From Betaproteobacteria bacterium (GTDB lineage: Bacteria; Pseudomonadota; Gammaproteobacteria; Burkholderiales; SG8-41): a stretch of 28,973 bases of DNA. The stretch lies in contig JAKFUJ010000141.1 in assembly GCA_021732805.1 (NCBI GenBank), positions 1-28,973 on the forward strand, given 5' to 3'. A model generated the notes under the pieces. That model ran no database searches. It worked only from the letters and a program-made list of their open reading frames with translations, and was not told the DNA's origin. The translations under genes were made by a program, and so were the position numbers. Positions 20,056 through 28,973 of this stretch are shown one piece after another. Positions within the stretch are counted from its first letter, which is position 1, and each line of letters opens with the position of its first letter.

Positions 20056-20393
20056 ACAGCCGTGGCGCGCAGGCCGAAATACTGGCCACCGACTTCCTCG
20101 TCAACAAGGGATTGCGCATCACAGAACGCAATTACCGCTGCCGTTTTGGTGAAATCGATATCATCGCGCGCGACGGTCGTACGGTGATTTTTGTCGAAGT
20201 GCGCAGTCGCTCCAGTGACGCTTTCGGCGGCGCAGCAGCCAGCATCACCCCGGCGAAACGCGAAAAGCTGCTGAAAACCGCGCGCCACTATCTCGCCGGC
20301 ATGACCCCGCTGCCGCAGTGCCGCTTTGATGCAGTGCTGGTGACGGGAAGACCGCCGCGCATCGAATGGATACGCAATGCCATTGAAGGCTGA
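20052..20393 (+). CDS. yraN: YraN family protein (UPF0102)
   Basis: G..AE, NYRCRFGEIDIIA, FVEVRSR and CRFDAV motifs. Confidence 0.93.
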   Translation: MNSRGAQAEILATDFLVNKGLRITERNYRCRFGEIDIIARDGRTVIFVEVRSRSSDAFGGAAASITPAKREKLLKTARHYLAGMTPLPQCRFDAVLVTGRPPRIEWIRNAIEG

Positions 20394-20428
20394 TCCGGTG
20401 CAGCACAAAAAATCCGCAACCCCGTTAG

Positions 20429-20596
20429 CAGGGTGTTGAAAAACGCAGGAACATCACATCAATCAAGCACTATCGATTTTTCAACGCTCATAAAATCAAC
20501 GGTTTGCACGCGTGTGCGCTTGGTCGCTACGCGCCCCGAAGGAAGTCCCCTTGGGGGGCTCCCCACGCCCTCGCGCATCACTTTTTCAACAACCTG
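20429..20596. mobile_element. 168-bp MITE (non-autonomous IS derivative)
   Basis: Terminal inverted repeats CAGGGTGTTGAAAAA (20429-20443) and TTTTTCAACAACCTG (20582-20596) match at 14/15. Flanked by a TTAG direct repeat (20425-20428 and 20597-20600); no transposase. Confidence 0.8.
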
Positions 20597-20600
20597 TTAG

Positions 20601-21209
<609 letters not shown>

Positions 21210-21227
21210 TTTTCGGGAGTTGAATAA

Positions 21228-21791
21228 ATGCGTAATCTTTTGACAATGATCTGCCTCGCGCTGTTGCCTGTCCTCTCCGGATGTCTGGCAGTGGCGGCCG
21301 GCGGAGTTGCCGCCGGCTTCCTGGTTGCCGAAGACCGGCGCACGGTCGGCACCATCACCGAAGACCAGGGTATCGAACTGAAGGTTTCAAACCGGATCGA
21401 CGAAAAAGTGAAGGACGGTCATGTCAACGTCACCAGCTTCAATCGCACTGTGCTTCTGACCGGTGAAGTGCCCACTGAGGCCGCCAAAACCGATGCTGAG
21501 CGCATCGCGCGCGCCGTGGACAACGTACGCAGCGTATTCAATGAACTGCGGGTGTCAGGCAATACTTCCCTGCAGGCACGCACCAACGATTCCGTGCTGA
21601 CCTCCAAAGTCAAGGCGCGTTTTGTCGATGCCCGGAAGTTCAGCCCGGTACACGTCAAAGTTGTTTCGGAAAACGGCGCCGTATACCTGATGGGGCTGGT
21701 CAAACGCCAGGAAGCCGCAGATGCCACCGAAGTGGCGCGCACCACCGGCGGCGCACAGAAAGTGGTCCGGGTTTTCGAATACCTGGATTAA
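21228..21791 (+). CDS. Dual-BON-domain lipoprotein (DolP/YraP-like)
   Basis: Lipobox LSGC, DRRTVGTI.ED and two BON repeats (VLLTGEV, VYLMGLV); synteny. Confidence 0.9.
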   Translation: MRNLLTMICLALLPVLSGCLAVAAGGVAAGFLVAEDRRTVGTITEDQGIELKVSNRIDEKVKDGHVNVTSFNRTVLLTGEVPTEAAKTDAERIARAVDNVRSVFNELRVSGNTSLQARTNDSVLTSKVKARFVDARKFSPVHVKVVSENGAVYLMGLVKRQEAADATEVARTTGGAQKVVRVFEYLD

Positions 21792-21831
21792 CAGGATCAT
21801 AAATAGTCAATAAAAACAATTACTTATTGAT

Positions 21832-22272
21832 TCATGGGGGCGTCTGCGGACGCCCCTGTCGCTTCAGGAAACGCATCATCGTACCGATAGCCGGCAATTT
21901 CTCATACAACTCTTCCGCGGCATCCCAGTAGTCGCGGTGTTCGCTCACCAGCCCTGTCGCATCAAAAGTGAGCAGACTCGCGCCATGTATGCATTGCACG
22001 ACCTGCGGCTGCCAGCGCCGAAAACGGAATTCGAAATTCCAGGTCAGCAGCGCACGCTGCCCATCAAGTAAACGGTCGCGCACGATAAAGCGCGGTGCGT
22101 CAAGTTGATCGAACATGTGGCTGAAAATCGACTGTAACGGATCCACTCCGCGCACATCGTTGAACGGGTCCTTGAAGCGGCAGTCACCCGCATAAAAACG
22201 CGGCAGGTCGGCAACCGACTGCGGCGTCAGTGTCTCAAAAAACCGCACCAGTGCATCAACACGGTCGCGCAT
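21832..22272 (-). CDS. NTF2/SnoaL-like protein
   Basis: FKDPFNDVRG and HRDYWDAAEELYEKLP motifs; ATG at 22272 overlaps the SDR TGA. Confidence 0.85.
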   Translation of the reverse strand: MRDRVDALVRFFETLTPQSVADLPRFYAGDCRFKDPFNDVRGVDPLQSIFSHMFDQLDAPRFIVRDRLLDGQRALLTWNFEFRFRRWQPQVVQCIHGASLLTFDATGLVSEHRDYWDAAEELYEKLPAIGTMMRFLKRQGRPQTPP

Positions 22273-23048
22273 CACAATCCCGTGCCTTTGCGCACCAGCG
22301 CAAAATACCAGCGGTACGGCAGCAAGCGCAGCAGTTTCAGCCACAGCGTAAAGCGCCGCGGGAAATGGATTTCAAAACGGCCGCGTTCAAACCCGGCCAC
22401 CATTTCGCGGGCCGCTTCATCGGCACTGATCAGCGCCGGCATTTCAAACGTGTTTTTGTCGGTCAGCGGTGTTTTGACAAAACCCGGATTGATCAGATAC
22501 ACCCCGATGCCGCGTGGCGCGAGATCCATATACAGGGTTTCGCTGAGGTTGATCAGCGCGGCTTTGGTCGCACCGTAGACCAGTGCCGTCGGCAAACCGC
22601 CATAACCGGCGACACTGGACACGACGGCGATGCCACCGGATTTCTGCAGCAGCATCTGCTGCACGATCGCCGGAAGCGCGTTGAATACGCCGTTGAGATT
22701 GACATCAACCATCCGCCGCGCCATGCCTGCATCAAGCTCCCAGGCCCGCACCGGCTGATGCGTGCCGGCGCACAACACCACCAGGTCGACGCCGCCCCAT
22801 GTCGCGATGATTTTCTGCAACGCCGGGGCGATGTCAGCTTCAACAGTGACGTCCAGCGGAACCGCCAGCGCACGTTCGCCATGCATCACGGCGGCGTGCT
22901 GCAGATCCTCGCTGCTGCGCGCGGACAGCGCAACCCGTGCGCCACGTTCCAGCAGCGCCCGGGCAAGCGCGGCGCCGATACCGCTGGACGCGCCGACGAT
23001 CCAGACGCGCACATCACGCCAGTCGCTGATCGGGGGATTCAGGCTCAT
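22272..23048 (-). CDS. Short-chain dehydrogenase/reductase
   Basis: GASSGIG Rossmann motif, SSVAG and YGATK (YxxxK) catalytic motifs. Confidence 0.92.
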   Translation of the reverse strand: MSLNPPISDWRDVRVWIVGASSGIGAALARALLERGARVALSARSSEDLQHAAVMHGERALAVPLDVTVEADIAPALQKIIATWGGVDLVVLCAGTHQPVRAWELDAGMARRMVDVNLNGVFNALPAIVQQMLLQKSGGIAVVSSVAGYGGLPTALVYGATKAALINLSETLYMDLAPRGIGVYLINPGFVKTPLTDKNTFEMPALISADEAAREMVAGFERGRFEIHFPRRFTLWLKLLRLLPYRWYFALVRKGTGL

Positions 23049-23575
23049 GACCGTTTGCGGAAACTCAGGGTCAATTCGCCCAGGCGCACGCCGAACTTGC
23101 TCATCACCGAACGATTGAGCATCACGCCGTCATCCATCTGGAACATCCAGTCGTCAAAATCAACCTCCCAGGTGCGGCCGTCGACTTCGAGCTTCAGCAC
23201 ATACTGCCAGCGCAGCGCGTTGCCCCGGGCTTCGCCGCGCGCCTCACCGACCACATCATCGGCAACGCCGCGATAGCGGTGCGCATCGAGCCGGGTGATC
23301 GTCCACACCCGCTTGCTGCGCGTGCCGTCGGAATATTCAAAGTCTTCATCCAGCGTGCCGGTATCGCCGCTCCATCTGGCATTGATCGTGACATGAAAGC
23401 GCTTGACGACATCACCGCTGCGGTCCTGGAATATGCCCCAGCCGTCGATGGTGCCGTTGAAATAACGGCGCAGGTCCAGCTCGGGCCGCTGGTCACGGAA
23501 TTTTTCCACCGGCACCGATCCGCAACCTGCCAGGGTCACGGCCAGCACCAAAAGCAACAACAGTCGTTTTGTCAT
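23045..23575 (-). CDS. DUF3833-family lipoprotein
   Basis: Lipobox LAGC, LDLRRYFNG, LDEDFEYSDG and FDDWMF..NRSVMSKFG; ATG at 23575. Confidence 0.85.
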   Translation of the reverse strand: MTKRLLLLLVLAVTLAGCGSVPVEKFRDQRPELDLRRYFNGTIDGWGIFQDRSGDVVKRFHVTINARWSGDTGTLDEDFEYSDGTRSKRVWTITRLDAHRYRGVADDVVGEARGEARGNALRWQYVLKLEVDGRTWEVDFDDWMFQMDDGVMLNRSVMSKFGVRLGELTLSFRKRS

Positions 23576-24870
23576 GCCAAGTCTCCTTTCATTTTGGGCC
23601 GTTGCGTACCGGACTCCAGCGCCGCCAGCCACAAACCCAGCGCTGCCAGCAATTTGATGGCGCACGGTACCAGCGCATAAACCAATGACAAAGCGCCCAC
23701 CGGATCAGTCGCACTGCCGGGCACGTAACCCAGCCATTGCAGCAATGGCAGCGCAATGCCGGCAGCCAGCGCCAGCGCCAGTTTTTCCAGCAAATGCCAC
23801 AACCCGAAGTACACGCCGTCCGGCCGCCCCGCCTGACCGGTGTCGTCGTCGATGACATCCGCCAGCAGCGATGCCGGCAGCGCCAGGTCGGCGCCGAATG
23901 CCAGCCCCGACAAAACACACACCACGGCAAATGCCACGACATCCCCGGGGCCGAGGAAATAAGCCCAGATGAATGCCGCGACCGCCAGCACCATCGCCAG
24001 CAGCCAGGCGCGCGCCTTGCCGACCGAGGCAGCGAGACGCACCCATAACGGCATGCCGGCGGCGCCGGCAACAAAATACAGCACCAGAAACATGGCCGTC
24101 AGATCAGGCCGACGCAGGACGTCGGCGACATAAAACAGCAACAGTGTCGCCGGAATTGCCGCCGCGACGCCGTTAATCAGAAAAACTGTCGCCAACCGGC
24201 GAAACCGCGGATTGCGCATCGGCGACCATAACCCGCTCACCGTCAGCCGCCGCATCCCGCCGAGCATCATCGATTGGGGGCCCACGGCGACCGTGATACC
24301 GACTGCAATCAGCAATAGCGGCGCGTACCCGGCACTGAACAGCGCCAGGCCTTCTGTCGCGCCGTATCGCTGTGCCAGAACTTCAGGTAATGCCGCAGCA
24401 AGCAGCACGCCGACCAGCGCAGCGCCACCGCGCGCTGCGCTGATGCGCGTGCGCTCGACGTAGTCCCGCGACAACGCGCTGCCCAATGCAAAATAGCTGA
24501 TGCTGGCCGCGCTCAATCCCAGATAGACCAGGATCAACGACATCGCCAGCCACGACACCAGTCCGATGCCGCCGGCCGGCGGATGAAACAACAGAAACAT
24601 CCCCGCCGCCACCACCGGCACTGCAGCGGCGAGCATCGCCTTGCGCCCGCCATAACGCGCTGGAATGCGGTCGGCCATCACACCGAGCAGCGGATCGCTG
24701 AACGCATCCAGTACGCGCACTGCCAGCAGCAAGGTGCCGATCAACGCCAGATCCAGCCCGAGCCCGGAATAAAATTTCGGCGCGTGCACGTAAACCGGCA
24801 GTGCCGCCGCGGCCAGCGGCAGCGAAGCGGCCGCGTACGCCGCCAGCGCAGGATTACTTAGGCGGGACAT
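23572..24870 (-). CDS. MFS transporter (GPH/sugar-cation symporter-like)
   Basis: About 12 hydrophobic segments, DAFSDPLLGVMAD and SLLADVID motifs; ATG at 24870. Confidence 0.88.
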   Translation of the reverse strand: MSRLSNPALAAYAAASLPLAAAALPVYVHAPKFYSGLGLDLALIGTLLLAVRVLDAFSDPLLGVMADRIPARYGGRKAMLAAAVPVVAAGMFLLFHPPAGGIGLVSWLAMSLILVYLGLSAASISYFALGSALSRDYVERTRISAARGGAALVGVLLAAALPEVLAQRYGATEGLALFSAGYAPLLLIAVGITVAVGPQSMMLGGMRRLTVSGLWSPMRNPRFRRLATVFLINGVAAAIPATLLLFYVADVLRRPDLTAMFLVLYFVAGAAGMPLWVRLAASVGKARAWLLAMVLAVAAFIWAYFLGPGDVVAFAVVCVLSGLAFGADLALPASLLADVIDDDTGQAGRPDGVYFGLWHLLEKLALALAAGIALPLLQWLGYVPGSATDPVGALSLVYALVPCAIKLLAALGLWLAALESGTQRPKMKGDLA

Positions 24871-25390
24871 GGTTTCCCAGGAGCGCCGCCCGCAGATCCG
24901 GTGACTGGGTGCGCGGATCAAGCCAGATCGCGAAAAACCAGCGCGAAAACTCCGGGTCCTCGACCGCCCCGAGATAACCGGTCGCTGAATAAAACAGCGC
25001 ACCGCGCCCCGGCACATGGATGCCGATCAGGCGGCTGTCGGGACCGACATCCGGAAACAGCTTGCGCATCGCCGCGCCCCAGCGCGCCAGTGTCGGCTCG
25101 TCACCGCCACCCAATCTGCGTATTTCCTCAACACTGGTTTCTGCAAGCTGGGCGCCGGTAATGCGACGCGCATAACGGATATCGAGCGCATACGGCGCTT
25201 GCGCCTGCCAGCGCCCGCTGGGCGACCACAACGCTGCATCGTAGACATGGAAGCCCCACCAGCGCAGCGTGCCTTGTCCGACCGGACGGCAGGTCTGCAA
25301 TACATTGCACGCAGCGGCAGGCAGGTCCGGCGGCGCAGCGGCATGGGCCGACGCCGTCAGCAGCAGACCGAGCAATGCGGCTTTAAACAT
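24854..25390 (-). CDS. Chalcone-isomerase-like (fatty-acid-binding) exported protein
   Basis: Signal peptide, GQGTLRWWGFHVYDA, LFPDV and FFAIWLDPRT..P.LR..LLG; ATG at 25390. Confidence 0.75.
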   Translation of the reverse strand: MFKAALLGLLLTASAHAAAPPDLPAAACNVLQTCRPVGQGTLRWWGFHVYDAALWSPSGRWQAQAPYALDIRYARRITGAQLAETSVEEIRRLGGGDEPTLARWGAAMRKLFPDVGPDSRLIGIHVPGRGALFYSATGYLGAVEDPEFSRWFFAIWLDPRTQSPDLRAALLGNHVPPK

Positions 25391-26609
25391 GGACCAGCAG
25401 CGCCTGCACCACGTCGGTGGCACGCGCACGAAACCCGGCTTCGCAATACGCCAGATAAAAACGCCAGGTGCGCATGAATCTTTTGTCAAAACCCTGCGCC
25501 TGCACTTCTGCCGCGACGGCGTTGAAGCGTTGATGCCAGCACCGCAATGTTTCGGCGTAATCCAGCCCGAATCCATGCATCCCGGCGACAGCCAACCCCT
25601 GCGTCACCGCCACTTCATGCAGCCGTTTTGGCGACGGCAACATGCCGCCCGGAAAAATATATTGCTGAATGAAATCGGTACCGGTGCGGTAGCGCTCGAA
25701 CTTGGCATCGGCAATGGTGATTGATTGCACCAGCGCGCGGCCACCGGGCTTGAGGCGGTCACGCAGCATTGCAAAATAACCGGGCCAGTAGGATTCCCCC
25801 ACCGCTTCGAACATTTCAATCGACACCACGTGATCAAACTGTCCTTCAAGATCGCGGTAATCCAGCAACTTCAGTTCGACGCGATCCTGCCGGCCGGCAG
25901 CGGCCATGCGCTTTTGCGCGTAATCCAACTGCGCCTGGGAAATGGTGATGCCGGTGACACGGCAACCGAAGCGCGCCGCATGTTCGGCGAATCCTCCCCA
26001 GCCACAGCCAACTTCGAGGATATGCTGTCCGGGCTGCGCTTCCAGTGCCTGCAGGATGCGCGCATATTTTGCCGTCTGTGCATCCGCCAGACTGCGCGTC
26101 ATATCGCCATCGAACAGCGCCGATGAATACGTCATGCCCTGATCCAGCCACAGGCCATAAAAATCGTTGCCGAGGTCGTAATGGGCATGGATGTTTTTGC
26201 GGCTGCCGCGGCGGGAATTGGGCCGCAGCCAGTGGCGCAGCCGGTAGATCAGCGTTGCCCATCTGCGGCCATGGATGGCCTGTTCGATGGCCTGTTCGTT
26301 CAACGCGCCCAGCAGCAGCAGCTGCACCAGATCATCGGAATCAGCACGTCCTGCGATAAATGCCTCGGCCAGCCCGATATCGCCCTTGGTCAGCATGTCC
26401 TTGCAAACACCCCAGTCTGCCAACACCAGCGTGGCATGCGGCCCCGGTTGCCTGCCGGCAAACGCCAGCTTGCGGCCATCCGGGCAACGCAGTTCGATGC
26501 TGCCGCAGTGCAATCGCGACAGCAGTCTGAACATCCAGCGCGCGGCGGCAGGTTCGGCGCCGTTTTGGGCGATTTCGGTTTGCGCGTTCTCAGTGATTGC
26601 ATTATTCAT
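25383..26609 (-). CDS. cfa: Cyclopropane-fatty-acyl-phospholipid synthase family SAM methyltransferase (UfaM/CfaS-like)
   Basis: NIHAHYDLGNDFY, MTYSSA, LEVGCGWG, SIEMFEAVG, IFPGGMLP and YLAYCEAGF motifs; ATG at 26609. Confidence 0.92.
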   Translation of the reverse strand: MNNAITENAQTEIAQNGAEPAAARWMFRLLSRLHCGSIELRCPDGRKLAFAGRQPGPHATLVLADWGVCKDMLTKGDIGLAEAFIAGRADSDDLVQLLLLGALNEQAIEQAIHGRRWATLIYRLRHWLRPNSRRGSRKNIHAHYDLGNDFYGLWLDQGMTYSSALFDGDMTRSLADAQTAKYARILQALEAQPGQHILEVGCGWGGFAEHAARFGCRVTGITISQAQLDYAQKRMAAAGRQDRVELKLLDYRDLEGQFDHVVSIEMFEAVGESYWPGYFAMLRDRLKPGGRALVQSITIADAKFERYRTGTDFIQQYIFPGGMLPSPKRLHEVAVTQGLAVAGMHGFGLDYAETLRCWHQRFNAVAAEVQAQGFDKRFMRTWRFYLAYCEAGFRARATDVVQALLVHV

Positions 26610-27388
26610 CGGGTGATTTTCTCCGCCGGCGGCAGGGGTTTCGAGTAAAACGGCACGCGCTTCAGCCACAGCCGCAGCGCGTGATAGTGGATGCGCAACA
26701 CCACGCCCAGCGTCATCCATGGATAACGGAAAAAAGCATGCACCAGCGCATTTGCACACAGCGGTGCGGCGGTTCCGGCGATGCTGGTGATCAGGCGCCC
26801 GCCCCGCGCGTCGTCGTAATCGATGCGGAAAGTGCAGCGCTTGCCGTTACCAGTTTCAATTTCAGTGAAACGAAACCGGTACTGTCCGGTCACCGGAAAA
26901 AACGGCGACACATGAAACACTTTCTGCGCATGCAGCCAGTCGCCGGACATTATGGGCCGCGCGCCGTCGTGGGCCACCAGGTAGTGGTGATGCTCGCCGA
27001 AGGTATTGCTGACCGCCACCAGCACCGCGCGCAGCGCCCCGCTGCGGTCGTGGCACAGCCAGAAACTGACCGGATTGAACACATAACCCAGCACCCGCGG
27101 AAAAGTCTGCAGCCAGATCGCGCCGTCGGCGCAATCCAGTCCATGCCGCGCCAGCAGGCCGCGCAACCAGGGCTCCAGCGCACTGCCGTCGCGCGGACCG
27201 TGATCGGCGTCATGGAAACTGAACACATTCCAGCGGTTGTGCGACATCAGCGCCGGCCAGCGCGATGGCGGTGCATCAACGCGCAGGCGCATGAAAAAAA
27301 CGCCATGCCGAAATGCATGCACCGCGGGCGACGTCCGGCGATGAATGACCTCGCCGGTGTACAGCAGTGCTGATTCATCGTGGCTCAT
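26606..27388 (-). CDS. DUF1365-family protein (UfaO-like)
   Basis: H.R..P..H.F, FPRVLGYVFNPVSFW, VSNTFGE.H.Y, KVFHVSPFF and IHYHAL.LWLK; ATG at 27388. Confidence 0.88.
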   Translation of the reverse strand: MSHDESALLYTGEVIHRRTSPAVHAFRHGVFFMRLRVDAPPSRWPALMSHNRWNVFSFHDADHGPRDGSALEPWLRGLLARHGLDCADGAIWLQTFPRVLGYVFNPVSFWLCHDRSGALRAVLVAVSNTFGEHHHYLVAHDGARPIMSGDWLHAQKVFHVSPFFPVTGQYRFRFTEIETGNGKRCTFRIDYDDARGGRLITSIAGTAAPLCANALVHAFFRYPWMTLGVVLRIHYHALRLWLKRVPFYSKPLPPAEKITR

Positions 27389-28701
27389 GCCGCCGCCTTC
27401 AACTCGTCGGATTGCGCCTGCCACGGCGCCGTGACGCCCAGTCCTGCAGCCGCCGCCATGCCGGACTTCAAGCCGTCTTCATGGAAACCGTATCCGGTCC
27501 ACGCGCCGCAAAACCAGGTGTTGCGCCGGCCCTGCATGGTTCGCAGCCGCGCCTGCGCAGCAATGCCCGACTGGTCGAATACCGGATGGGCGTAGGTGTA
27601 GCGATCGATGACGGATTCGGCGCGCGGTTCGGCGCCCGGATTCAGCGTCACGATCACCGGCTGGCGGAACGGCAACGGCTGCAACCTGTTGATCAGGTAA
27701 CTCACACCTACCGGCCGGTCCTGGGCCACGCCATCAATCGCGTGATAGTTCCACGCTGCCCATGCCCGACGGGACCGCGGCAGGAAATTGCGGTCGGTAT
27801 GCAGCACGGCGGCATTTTCCTGATAACGGATCGCACCGAGCACACTGCGCTCGGTCGCATCGGCATCGCCCAGCAAGCGCAAGGCCTGATCGCTGTGGCA
27901 GGCCAGCACCACGGCATCGAACGTCTGCTGTCCGCCGCCGGCCAGCGTCAGTGTTGCACTGCCCGGGCGGCGCGATATCGTTTCAACCGGTGCTTTGAGG
28001 CGAACCTCGCTGATCTTTGCCGCAAGCTTTTCGACATAGGTGCGGGCGCCGCCGACCACCGTCCGCCATTGCGGACGGTCGCTGATCTGCAACAGACCGT
28101 GATTGGCGCAGAACGAAAAAAATGTCTGCGCAGGATAATCAAGCATGGTTGCTGTCGGGCACGACCAGATTGCGCCGGCCATCGGCAACAGGTACCAGTC
28201 ACGGAATGCGCGGCCATAACCACCGGCTTCGAGAAATTCTCCGAGCGTTGCGGAGTCCTGACTGCTGCGCGCAATCGCGGAAGCCTCGCGGTTAAAGCGC
28301 AGGATGTCGGACAACATGCCCCAAAACCGCGGCCGCAGCAGATTGCGCCGTTGCGCAAACACAGACGCCAGATTATTGCCCGCCCATTCGATGTTTTCAG
28401 CGGCAATGCGCACTGAAAATGACATGTCGCTGGCACAGGACGTCACACCGAGATGATCGAACAACGCGATCAGGTTGGGATAAGTGCGGTCGTTGAACAC
28501 CAGAAATCCGGTATCGACCGGCGCGGTCACGCCGTCCAGCGTCACATCGGCGGTGTGGGTATGGCCACCGAGGTAGTCATTGGCCTCGAACAGGGTGACC
28601 TGATGAGCGCGTGACAGCAGCCAGGCTGCGGAGAGCCCGGAAATGCCGGCGCCGACCACGGCAATGCGCCGGCCTGCTGGGTGCTGTTGCATCCTGTTCA
28701 T
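27385..28701 (-). CDS. FAD-dependent oxidoreductase, amine-oxidase fold (UfaD-like desaturase)
   Basis: IAVVGAGISGL, GGHTHT, VDTGFLVFN..TYP, SDMSFS and GAWTGYGFHEDGL motifs; start 28701 or 28692. Confidence 0.9.
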   Translation of the reverse strand: MNRMQQHPAGRRIAVVGAGISGLSAAWLLSRAHQVTLFEANDYLGGHTHTADVTLDGVTAPVDTGFLVFNDRTYPNLIALFDHLGVTSCASDMSFSVRIAAENIEWAGNNLASVFAQRRNLLRPRFWGMLSDILRFNREASAIARSSQDSATLGEFLEAGGYGRAFRDWYLLPMAGAIWSCPTATMLDYPAQTFFSFCANHGLLQISDRPQWRTVVGGARTYVEKLAAKISEVRLKAPVETISRRPGSATLTLAGGGQQTFDAVVLACHSDQALRLLGDADATERSVLGAIRYQENAAVLHTDRNFLPRSRRAWAAWNYHAIDGVAQDRPVGVSYLINRLQPLPFRQPVIVTLNPGAEPRAESVIDRYTYAHPVFDQSGIAAQARLRTMQGRRNTWFCGAWTGYGFHEDGLKSGMAAAAGLGVTAPWQAQSDELKAAA

Positions 28702-28732
28702 ACCATTACTACCCCGAATCAAGCTGTTTGGA

Positions 28733-28891
28733 TGTCCATGACAGAAATACCGGCTGCCGGCTGTGCTGCTGAATTGCCGGGAGGTGAGTTGACTTTGATT
28801 GCTTGTTGACCAATAATGTCCAGGTCAATGATGCATTTAAAGCGCTGAAAATCCCACATTTAGCTAATTATTACCACTTTTGTCCAAGACA
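28733..28891. promoter_or_regulatory. Three copies of an 11-bp TGTCCAnG(A/T)CA motif in the divergent promoter region (putative LitR/MerR operator)
   Basis: TGTCCATGACA (28733-28743), TGTCCAGGTCA (28817-28827) and TGTCCAAGACA (28881-28891). Confidence 0.55.
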
Positions 28892-28893
28892 AT

Positions 28894-28973
28894 ATGCAAG
28901 CCGCTGTCGACATTCCTGAAGATGCTCTCTACAACATCGCTGCCGTAGAACGCGATACCGGGCTGTCCAAGGA
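28894..28973 (+). CDS. MerR-family regulator, LitR/CarH-like, N-terminal fragment
   Basis: Manual translation MQAAVDIPEDALYNIAAVERDTGLSK, where YxIxxVERDTGLSK is the start of a MerR HTH. Divergent from the cfa-type operon and truncated by the window edge. Confidence 0.75.
   Translation, partial: MQAAVDIPEDALYNIAAVERDTGLSK

Noticed and set aside
21807-21830. TCAATAA/TTATTGA inverted repeat between the convergent BON and NTF2 genes as a terminator
   Set aside because: An AT-only 7-bp stem with a 10-nt loop and no U-tract is too weak for an intrinsic terminator.

Overview
GC-rich betaproteobacterial chromosome segment. The left 16 kb is the dcw (division/cell-wall) operon on the minus strand: mraZ-rsmH-ftsL-ftsI-murE-murF-mraY-murD-ftsW-murG-murC-murB-ddlB-ftsQ-ftsA(partial). 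A canonical sigma70 promoter and MraZ boxes precede it. Next come rnpB (RNase P RNA), a ChaC-like gene, pyrC, rsmI and the divergent lpoA-like/yraN/gmhA/BON cluster, which carries a 168-bp MITE. The right end holds an 8-gene furan/modified fatty-acid (UfaD/UfaO/UfaM-like) operon, divergent from a LitR/CarH-like MerR regulator. The main unexplained structure is a 3.8-kb block (murD-ftsW-murG) bracketed by synonymously recoded duplicates of the neighbouring gene ends. A second copy of the last 21 codons of mraY lies on one side and a second copy of the first 16 codons of murC on the other. Each copy is separated from its functional twin by a 107-108 bp hairpin-rich spacer and is part of an intact small ORF (57 aa and 51 aa) too short for the ORF track. 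ftsI is interrupted by a single in-frame TAG. All analysis was done by eye; no database searches were run.
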